A DNA stretch of 58,412 nucleotides, counting the filler, from an uncultured bacterium (GTDB taxonomy: Bacteria > DAOPZR01): the NCBI GenBank assembly GCA_964637655.1. It is 3 parts of 3 records of this genome, joined end to end, with 100 filler letters (N's around TTAATTAATTAA, not from the genome) between each part and the next. Parts side by side here need not be neighbours in the genome. Positions count along the whole stretch, not along the records: positions 1 to 20,054 come from CAZWUZ010000031.1; 2 more parts are not named here. One strand, 5' to 3'. Each line of letters begins with the position of its first letter. Position 1 is the stretch's first letter. Both the position numbers and the translations under genes were made by a program. The notes below the pieces were generated by a model. The model ran no database searches, was not told the DNA's origin, and worked only from the letters and a program-made list of their open reading frames with translations. Below are positions 7,770-16,900 of the stretch, piece by piece.

Positions 7770-8735
7770 TCACCACGGCGGCACTGACTGTGCGGCCGGG
7801 GCAGCGGGTAGCACCAGTACTTTTTCCACCTGCACACTGTGCCGGGTAACTGACACCGCGTGACTGAACCGGCGGCGGAACATCGCCGCCATCGCCTGAT
7901 TATCATGACGGATCATGCACGAAGCGAGCGGAATCCCCGCCCGTTCCTGCCGCCGCAGCGCTTCCCCCATCAGGGCACAGGCAAGCGGGCTGCCGCGCCA
8001 CGGCTGGCGGACAAAAAGCCCGTTGTAGGCGATGCGGTCGGGTGCGGTCCGCGTGGCAATCACCCAGCCGGCCGGTTCTTCGCCGCAACGCACACCGACG
8101 CTGATTGACGGTTCGAGCGTCGACAGATGCCGGTACGGATCGATAAAGATCGCCGGCGGTTGTTCCTCCGGCCGTAGCAAGTCCATAAACCGTTCCCGCG
8201 CGACTGTCGCCAATTCTCTCAGCGGAAAGAATGTGCAGCCGGCCGGCAGCAGGTCACGCCGGAAAACCGCCGTTTCCGCCAGCAGTTTTTCCAGTGGCAC
8301 GGTATGCAGGGCAAACCGGGGCTGTGGCGACGACCACCCGGCAGCGGCAAGCGTTCCCGTCAGATATCCGTGGGTTTCCTCTGTGTAGACGAACCGCAGC
8401 GCGCGACAACCGCGCCGGTGCATGGCTGACTCGAAATGCCCCAGCAGTTCGCGCTCAATCACCGCGCCGCGACAGGAGAGCGCCACTGACAGGGAAAGCA
8501 GGTCACCACTTCCGGTTTTCTCGCCCGTCCCCACCCGGCCAAGCGCCAGTCCCGCCGCGCACACCCCGTAGCGAAACGCGCCGATGGCCACCATGCCATC
8601 CGGTGCCGCTATCGCCTGTTCCGCGTAGCGGGCATAGGTAAACTCGCGGAACAGCGTGAGGTCGGCCGGGTCGAGTTGCTCATACGTGGAAAATGCCGTT
8701 GCTCCGGCAGCCGTCACCTCGTCCCGCAATGACAT
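7770..8735 (-). CDS. Tandem GNAT acyltransferase (RiPP-tailoring type)
   Basis: Two GNAT-like halves: LLSLSVALSCRG...RRGCRALRFVY...AGWSSPQPR and LEPSISVGVRCGEEPAGWVIATRTAPDRIAYNGLFVRQPWRG...DNQAMAAMFRRR. ATG is 2 nt after the rSAM stop. Confidence 0.75.
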   Translation of the reverse strand: MSLRDEVTAAGATAFSTYEQLDPADLTLFREFTYARYAEQAIAAPDGMVAIGAFRYGVCAAGLALGRVGTGEKTGSGDLLSLSVALSCRGAVIERELLGHFESAMHRRGCRALRFVYTEETHGYLTGTLAAAGWSSPQPRFALHTVPLEKLLAETAVFRRDLLPAGCTFFPLRELATVARERFMDLLRPEEQPPAIFIDPYRHLSTLEPSISVGVRCGEEPAGWVIATRTAPDRIAYNGLFVRQPWRGSPLACALMGEALRRQERAGIPLASCMIRHDNQAMAAMFRRRFSHAVSVTRHSVQVEKVLVLPAAPAAQSVPPW

Positions 8736-8737
8736 AT

Positions 8738-10159
8738 TCAGAAGTCGAGCAGGCAGGGTTTGGGCGGCACGAGGTCGTGGTCCGCCAGGAAAGCGCGCGC
8801 GTCCGCGTCGAGGTCGCCGGCAATCACTGCCGCCAGTTCGAGTTCGCGGCGCCGCAGGCGGCAGAAGTCCGCCGCCGGGATGAAGACCGAGCCGCTGGCA
8901 CCCGCATTATCGTGCTTGCAGCCGCCGGCACAATAATGGCGCGCCGGGCAGGCGGCGCAGGCGGCGACCAGCGTCAGCGGACTCTCCTGGTACCGCTCGC
9001 GGTCGAGGGCGTCGCCAAAGACGCTGCCCAGTTTGTACTCTTCCCGCCCGACAAACCGGTGGCAGAGATAGACATCCCCGTTGCAGGCAATCGCCACTGC
9101 CTGCCGCCCCGCCCCGCAGGCGTGGAACTGCCGGCGCTGGTGCAGCAGGGCCAGCAGCGCCCGCTGCAGTTCGCTGACCACCTTCAGTTCCTGCAGGCCC
9201 CTGACATCACGCTCGCCGATCAGACGCCACCACGTTTCCGCTTCCTGTTCGAGGTGCATCAGCAGCCGCTCCGTATCCCGCTGCCGCGCGGCAGCATCGT
9301 TCCGCCCGTCGAGCAGCGAGGCCGAAGCGGGCGTCACCGTGGCCCGGCTGAAGCCGAGCGCCCGCATGGCGTCTTTGACCGCCTGCGGTTCAGCCCCGCC
9401 TGCCAGCACGGCATGTCCTGCCGTCTGCGGCAGTACCACCAACAGTTTTTTCAGGCCGGCTGCCACCGTGTCGTATGAGCCACGCCCGTCGGCAAACGGA
9501 CGCTGCGCATCCTGCACCGCGCGCAATCCGTCGCAACTGACAATGACGTCAAACGCATGCTTGCTGAGGAACGCTACGGTTGCGTCATCCAGCAGGGTGC
9601 CGTTGGTCGTCACGGAAAAGGCCGCCTGCCGGTCCAGCGCCGCCGCACGCGCCGTGGCATAGGCCACCACCGTCTGCAGCAGGGTGAAATTCAGCAACGG
9701 TTCACCGCCGAGAAAACCAATGTGGATTTTCTTCATCCGCCCGGCCTGGCGGAACAGCCAGTCGACCGCCTGCCGCGCAGTGCGCTCTTCCATGACTCCG
9801 CCGGTACCGTAACTGCCGCCGGTCCCATAGCAGTAGATGCAGTTGAGATTGCATGACTGGGTCAGAAAGAATTCGCCGGTGACCACCGGTACCGGTGCGC
9901 CGCGGGCATGCCGCACCGGGCGCGCCTCCGGCGCTGCCAGCAGGCCAAGCCGTGCCAGCCGCTCCCGCGTCGGAGCATCGGGCGACAATGCCGGCGCGGC
10001 AGCGAAGCGGTTGAGCAAGCGGGCATCGTCATCCGTCACCGCAACAGCGCGCATCGCCCCGATGTCGATAACATAGTAATGCCCGCGGTGCGCAAACAGG
10101 TGATACGGCCGTATGCTGCCAGCCGCCGGATTGTCCGTGCTGATACCCGGATTCGTCAT
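8738..10159 (-). CDS. Radical SAM/SPASM peptide maturase with N-terminal RRE-like domain
   Basis: CNLNCIYC, FLGGEPLLNF, TTNGTLL, SCDG. SPASM: CGAG...DVYLCHRF...CAACPARHYCAGGC...FC. N-terminal HLFAHRGHYYVIDIG beta-beta-helix segment. Confidence 0.92.
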   Translation of the reverse strand: MTNPGISTDNPAAGSIRPYHLFAHRGHYYVIDIGAMRAVAVTDDDARLLNRFAAAPALSPDAPTRERLARLGLLAAPEARPVRHARGAPVPVVTGEFFLTQSCNLNCIYCYGTGGSYGTGGVMEERTARQAVDWLFRQAGRMKKIHIGFLGGEPLLNFTLLQTVVAYATARAAALDRQAAFSVTTNGTLLDDATVAFLSKHAFDVIVSCDGLRAVQDAQRPFADGRGSYDTVAAGLKKLLVVLPQTAGHAVLAGGAEPQAVKDAMRALGFSRATVTPASASLLDGRNDAAARQRDTERLLMHLEQEAETWWRLIGERDVRGLQELKVVSELQRALLALLHQRRQFHACGAGRQAVAIACNGDVYLCHRFVGREEYKLGSVFGDALDRERYQESPLTLVAACAACPARHYCAGGCKHDNAGASGSVFIPAADFCRLRRRELELAAVIAGDLDADARAFLADHDLVPPKPCLLDF

Positions 10160-10165
10160 GCCCGC

Positions 10166-10194
10166 ATCATACTAACGCGCCGGAGCATCGTCAA
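10166..10194 (-). promoter_or_regulatory. sigma70 promoter directly before the rSAM ATG (leaderless candidate)
   Basis: Minus strand TTGACG (10194-10189), 17 nt, TATGAT (10171-10166), then only 6 nt to the ATG. No SD. Confidence 0.6.
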
Positions 10195-10238
10195 TGCCCG
10201 TCTGCAACGCGCCAGCCGTTCCCCCGGTATATACCGGT

Positions 10239-10916
10239 ATGAGCCACCACCGCTATCTTGCCCTGCTCGAACAGTTCTGTTTCCCTGATAACGGGTTGCG
10301 TCGTGAAGCGCTGCGCCGCCTGCTGCCGCCGCACGAGCTGCAGCAGGATGGCGTCAGCACCAACCTGGTGGTCCCGGCACGCGCTGCTCAATTCATCACA
10401 CTGGCCGCGCATTACGATACCTTCCCGGGGAGCATGGGCTATTACGACAATGGTACGGGGGTGGCCGTGCTGCTCGACCTCCTGCCGCAGCTGCCGCCGT
10501 GGGTCGAAGTCGTCTTCACCGACAACGAGGAGCATGTCGGACTGGGCGCGCAGCTCTACTGCACACTCCGCCGCCCGCTGGCCACCATCAATGTTGACGT
10601 GGTCGGGCACGGAAAGACGCTGCAGATCGAACGGTTCAATGGCTTTCCCTACGCGATTCCTGACGGGCAGGTCAATGAACTGCGCGACGTGCCGTTTTCC
10701 GACAGCACCATCTTTGCCGGGGCGGGCATTCCCGGCCTGCTCATCATCGCCGGCAACGGCGGCTACGACGAGGTTATCGGTGACATCTTCCTGCGCGAAC
10801 ACAACAATAAACTGGATAACCGGCTCGACAGCATCGACCCGCGCACCATGGAACTGGCGTACCGTTTCCTGCACGACCTGGTCGCAGCCGCCGGCAGACA
10901 CCACGGGTGTGAGTAA
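10239..10916 (+). CDS. Small M28 family peptidase
   Basis: ITLAAHYDTFPGSMGYYDNGTGVAVLL...VVFTDNEE...INVDVVG...FSD...H. No signal peptide seen. Confidence 0.85.
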   Translation: MSHHRYLALLEQFCFPDNGLRREALRRLLPPHELQQDGVSTNLVVPARAAQFITLAAHYDTFPGSMGYYDNGTGVAVLLDLLPQLPPWVEVVFTDNEEHVGLGAQLYCTLRRPLATINVDVVGHGKTLQIERFNGFPYAIPDGQVNELRDVPFSDSTIFAGAGIPGLLIIAGNGGYDEVIGDIFLREHNNKLDNRLDSIDPRTMELAYRFLHDLVAAAGRHHGCE

Positions 10917-10979
10917 CCTGCCATGGCGTGCGATGGCGTTGCCGGCAGTGCCGCCGGGCAGCGCAGCGACATATGCGCC

Positions 10980-13900
10980 TCAGAAAATCAGTTTCTGCAG
11001 TCGCACGCTCTTGGCGATCACCGCCTTGAGGAACTGGCAGCCGACGTCGGGATCATCCCGCATCAGCGACAGCAGCACCGTCCGGTCGAGCGTGTAGACC
11101 CGCGCGTCGCCGAGGATGACCTCGGCAGTAACCGGCGACATGCCGTTCTCCAGCAGACAGTCCTCGCCCAGGAAACCGGATGCGCTCACCACCCCGATGG
11201 TCCCCAGCCAGCCGTAGCAGGAATGCTGCTGCAGCTCGATGGTCCCCTCCGCGACGAGAAAGAGCCGGTCGTTGGCCTGCTGTTCGAAGACCAGGTCCTG
11301 TCCCTCGGCACAATGTTCCAGGCGCGCGGCGGCGGCGATGTTCGTCACGGTCGCCCCCGATAGCGCGTTGAAGAGCGGCACCGTCCGCAGAAATGCCGCG
11401 CGCTCCGCCAGTGCCGCACCGATCAGTTCACGCATCCTCACGGGCTCGAGTTCGGGCCAGGCAAAGCCGCAGGCGCCCAGCGCTGTCAGGGTCATGGTAT
11501 TGGTCAGCAGGTTCCGCGTCTGCAGCGCCCCGTCCTCCTGCGCCAGCCAGTCCTGGTGCAGAAGCAGGTTGTCGATATGCTCCTTGAAGCCGGGGCGGCC
11601 GTAATGCCCGCTGAGCAGGCCGACGAATTCCGGGAAAGCCAGCCGCCGGATATTCAGGCCGAATTCCGGGCTCCCCAGCACATCCGACAGTTTTATCCAG
11701 TGCGGGTTGAACAGGTGAAAGGTCTCGTTGGTGAGTGCCGTGCGGTCGAACAGGGTGACGATGGCCAGCGCCAGCTGGTCCACGAACGACAGGTCGGCCT
11801 CGTCGAACCGGTCCGGTACCGCGCCCAGGTTCACGTAGGCCCGCACCGTCTGGAAAAAGGCGTTGTCAGCGACGTTTTTCTGCACCCGGCCGCGCAGCGT
11901 GTCGAACGTGATATTGCCGACCCGGTAAATGCTGGCGTTCAGGCCGCGTTCACGCAGCTGGCGGATGACCTTTTCCGCCGCGAACTTGGTTTTGACATAG
12001 ACGTGGTCCAGCTGCTGGCCGATATCGTCGTCGAACTCCGTGTACAGCGCGAATTCACGGCCGGCGACCGTACCCACCGCGACCGACAGGGTGGAGACAT
12101 GATGCAGGTCCTTCTTCCTCCCCGCCAGGGCGAATTCGCCGAGGTTGCTGACCGTCTCGACATTCGCCCGGTGAAAGTCCTCGTACTTGCCGTAATGCCT
12201 GACGTTGGCGGCGGGATTGATGATGCAGTCGACGGTCTCCTGCAGTTCGCGGCAGGTCGCCTCGTCGAGGCCGAGGTTTGGCTCCGTCAGGTCACCCCGC
12301 ACCACGCGGATGCGGGCCGCATCCCCATCAAGGAACCCGTCCCCGAAATAGTACGCCATGCTCTCCTGCACCCGCTGCCGGGCAAGGTCGTCCGTGGCAG
12401 CGCGGACCGGCAGCACCAGCTGCGCCGTCGTGGTGCGCAGCAGCTGGTACAGTAGGTAGGACCCGAGGTACCCGGTCGCCCCGGTCAGCATCATGGTGCG
12501 GTAATCCCGGCGCGCAGCATAGTCACGCTGCGCGTACGCCGTCGCGCGCTCATGATATGCCTGCAGCTGCGCGTCGATTTCCGCCGTGTGCAGGTGGTAG
12601 GTGGCAAGGTCCGTTTCAGCGAACAGCAGGCCGGGGATCAGCGGCATCTCCCTGAGCCGCGCCAGCCGCGTCTGGATGTTGTTTTCGCGCAGCTTTACGC
12701 GGGGCGCCAGTTTGGCGATGGTCGGGTAATTGAAGATGTCGTTGACACTGACCTCGAATTCCTTCTGCAGTTCCGCCACCAGCGCCACCGCCTTCAGCGA
12801 ATGGCCGCCCAGGTCGAAGAAATTGTCGAGCATCCCGACCTGCGCAACCCCGAGCACCCGCTGCCAGGTGGCGGCGAGTTTCTGCTCGATGGCCGTCGCT
12901 GACGCCACGTATTCGCCGCCGGTGTCGACCTGCCGGCTCAGTGCCGGCAGTTTCTTGCGGTCGACTTTGCCGTTCGCGGTGAGCGGCAGTTCGTCGAGTT
13001 TCATGAAATACGACGGGATCATGTAATCGGGCAGGTCGGCCGCGAGGAAACGGCGGAACTCGGCCACCGCCACGGTGCGCGTGCCGCTGTAGTAGGCGAC
13101 CAGCTCCGCCGCCCCCTGCTCGTCCGGGCGGGCCAGCACCACGACGTTGGTGAGGTCAGGATGATGCAGCAGGCGGCTCTCGATCTCGCCCAGTTCGATG
13201 CGGAACCCGCGGATCTTGACCTGGAAATCGATGCGCCCGAGATACTCCAGTTCACCGTTGGCCAGGCGCCGCGCCAGGTCGCCGGAGCGGTAGATGCGTT
13301 CGCCGGCGATATACGGGTTCTCCACGAATTTCTCGCCGGTGACGTCAGGCAGGCCGAGATAGCCGCGCGCCAGTCCGTCACCCGCCACGCAGATTTCGCC
13401 GGGCACTCCGGGCGGCAGCAGCCGCAGCCGGCCATCCATGATGTAGGTGCGCAGCGTCGGGATGGGCACGCCGATATTGCTGATGTTGCCGGTGATCTCC
13501 GCCGCGGTGATCTCCTTGAACGTCACGTGCACGGTGGTCTCGGTGATGCCGTACATGTTGATGAGCCGGGTGGCGGGATACCGTTCATGCCATGCCCCGA
13601 GCAGCGCCGGCTTGAGCGCCTCGCCGCCGAACGTCACGTAGCGCAGTGCCAGGTCGCGGTCTGCGGTGCGCAGATCCTCCTCGATGAACTTGTAGAAGGC
13701 GCCCGGCGTCTGGCTCAGGACCGTCACCTTTTCGCGCTTGCACAGCTGCACGAACGCGGCAGGCTCGATGATGACCTCCTTCGGCGCCATCACCACCCGC
13801 CCGCCATACAGCAGCGCGCCGTACATTTCCCAGACGCTGAAATCGAAACAGAACGAATGGAACATGCTCCAGACGTCATGCTCGTCGACCTGGTACTGGA

Positions 13901-16900
13901 AACGGTCGTTGACGAACAGCCGCAGGATGTTCCCGTGCTCGAGCATCACGCCCTTGGGCCGGCCGGTCGAGCCGGACGTGTAGATGATGTACAGCAGGTG
14001 CTGTGCCGTCGCGGCGGGTGACAGGTTTGCGTCCTCGGGAGCGTACTGTGCCTCATCCATGAAGTCGATGATGTTGCCCCGGTAGCTGCCGGCCAGTTCA
14101 AAAAACTCGCGGGTGGTGAGCAGCAGCCGGGCCCCGCTGTTCTCGAGCATGAACTCGATCCGGTCGCGGGGAAATTCCGGTTTCATCGGCAGGTAGCAGC
14201 CGCCCGCCTTGATGATGGCCAGGATGGCCACGATCATTTCCGGCCGGATATCGGTGATCAGCGCGACGATGCTGTCAGGGACGACGCCGCGCGCGCGCAG
14301 GGTGCGCGCCAGCCGGTTGGCGCGCGCGTTCAGTTCACGGTAGGTCAGCGCGCGCTCCTTGTACGTCACCGCGACCCGTTCGGGGAACCGCGCCGCCATC
14401 TCCTCGAACCGGGCGTGGACAGTCATCTCCCGCGGGTAGTCCGCGTCGGTCTGGTTGTGGGCGTAGAGCAGTTCGTCGATCTCGCTCGCGGTCAGCAGGT
14501 CGATATCCGCGATGGCCTGCTCAGGATCCCGCACCAGCGCGCGCAGGATGGTGCGGAAATGACCGGCCAGGCGCCCGATGGTGGCGCGCTGGAACAGGCT
14601 GGTCCGGTATTCCCAGTTCACCGTCATGGTGGTGTCGTGCTCGCAGACCTCGAGCAGCAGGTCGAGGTGCGCGATGTGATGCGTGTACGGGGCGTGGCTG
14701 AACCGCAGGCCGCCGCTGACCTGCTCCTGCGCACCGCTCCCCTGGTACACCATGCCCACGTCGAACAGCGGGTTGCGCCCCGGGTCGCGCGCGAGCTGCA
14801 GCTGCTGCACGAGCTGCTCGAACGGGTAATCCTGGTTTTCCAGGGCATCGAGAAAATCGTGCCTGACCTCGTCGAGGAACGCGGTAAACAGCTTCCCGCT
14901 TTCCGGCCGCGCCCGGAAGGGAAGCGTATTGACAAACATGCCGACCAGGTGCTGCACGTCGACGTGGCTGCGTCCCGCACTGCCGATGCCGATGATCACA
15001 TCCTCAGCCGCGGCGTACTTGTGGAGCAGCACCGCGTAGGCTGCGAGCAGCAGGATGTTGGGCGTGACCCCGCGCCGCTGCGCCAGTTCGCGCAGGGCGC
15101 CGGTCAGCGTCTCGTCCAGGGTGCTGGCGAACGTGTCGCCGGCATAGTCCAGCAGCGCCGGCCGGGTGAAGTCGGCGGGCAGGTCGAGGACGGGCAGGTC
15201 GCCGGCAAAACGCTCGCGCCAGAACCGTTCCTGTTCCGTGATGGCGCCGGAGGCCAGCAACCGGGTATGCCATACCGCGTAGTCGCGGTACTGCACCCGC
15301 AGTTCCGGCAGGTCGCGCTCCGCGTACAGGGCCACCAGGTCGCGCAGCAGAATCGGGATGGAAGTGCCGTCGAAAATGGCGTGATGCAGGTCGAACACCA
15401 GGTAATACTGCCGCGCGGTCACCTTGAGCAGCAGCAGCCGGAACAGGGGCGGGGCCTGCAGGTCGAACGGTTTGACAAACGCGGCCACCGACGCCGCCAG
15501 TTCGTCGTCGGCGATTTCGCGGAAGGTTTTCTTGTACCTGACCTCGCGATGGATGCGCTGCACCGGCTCACCCTGCACCAGCGCGAACGAGGTGCGCAGC
15601 GCTTCGTGGCGGGCGATCAGCCGGTCGAGGGCGCGGCTCAGCCGCCCCTCGTCCAGTTCGCCCGTCAGCGCGAACACGCAGGGAATATTGTAGGTGGTGC
15701 CGATCCCCTGCAGCTGCCCGATGATGAACAGCCGCTTCTGCGCGGAGGTTACCGGGTAGTGCTCCTGCTCCGGCTGCCGGTCGATCGTCGCCAGCCGGAC
15801 CTGGTGCGCGCCCTGGATCACCGGCGCGAATGCCCTGATGGTCGGATAGCGGAAGACGCTGGCCAGCGGAACCTCGACGCCAAAGCACGTGCTGATCCGC
15901 GCGGCGAGCATGGTCGCCGACAGCGAATGGCCGCCCAGGTCGAAGAAGTTGCTTTCCGTGCTGATACGGTCGAGCCCCAGCACTTCCTGCCAGAGCGCCA
16001 GCAGCTGCTCCTCGATGCTGTTCGCGGGCCGGACCAGTTCGCCGGCGAGGACCGGCTCCGGCAGCGCCTTGCGGTCGATTTTGCCGTTCGGGTTGAGCGG
16101 CATGCGCGGCAGCGGCACGAGGAAGGCGGGAATCATGTACTCGGGGAGCGCCGCGCCCAGCATCTCCTTCAGTGCATCCGCCGCAAGGTCGCCGGCCGCC
16201 ACGTAATAGCCGCACAGGTACTTGTCGCCACCCGCGCGTTCGCGCGCCACGACAATCGCCTCGCTGACAGCCGGATGCTGCAGCAGGCAGGACTCGATCT
16301 CGCCGATCTCGATGCGGAACCCGCGGATCTTGACCTGGAAATCGATGCGGCCGAGAAACTCGATGTTCCCGTCGTCACGCCAGCGCGCCAGGTCGCCGGT
16401 CCGGTACATCTTCGTGCCCGGCACGAAGGGGTTGTCAACGAACGCCGCCGCCGTCTTCTCCGGGTTGTTGAGATAGCCGCGCCCGACCCCCGCACCGGCA
16501 ATGCACAGTTCGCCGGGCACACCGACCGGCAGCAGGTGATTGCGCCGGTCCACGATATAGATCCGGTAATTGGCGCACGGGCGCCCGATGGGAATATTGT
16601 CGTACTGCCGGTCCACAGTGAAGAACGTGGCATAGACCGTGCACTCTGTCGGGCCGTAGCCGTTCACCAGCCGGTACGGGCGCGGCGTGAAGGTCTTCAG
16701 CTTATCCCCGCCCGTCAGCAGCACGCGCAGCGCGGTGTCGCCTGTGAGCGCCATGAACTGCTCGGCGAACTGCGTCGGCAGGAAGGCGGAGGTGATGCCG
16801 TGCGTGACGAAGAACTGGCGCACCTGTTCCGGGTCCATGCGGATGTCCGCCGGCACGATATGCAGCGCCGCCCCGGCCAGCAGGGTCGGGAACAGTTCGT

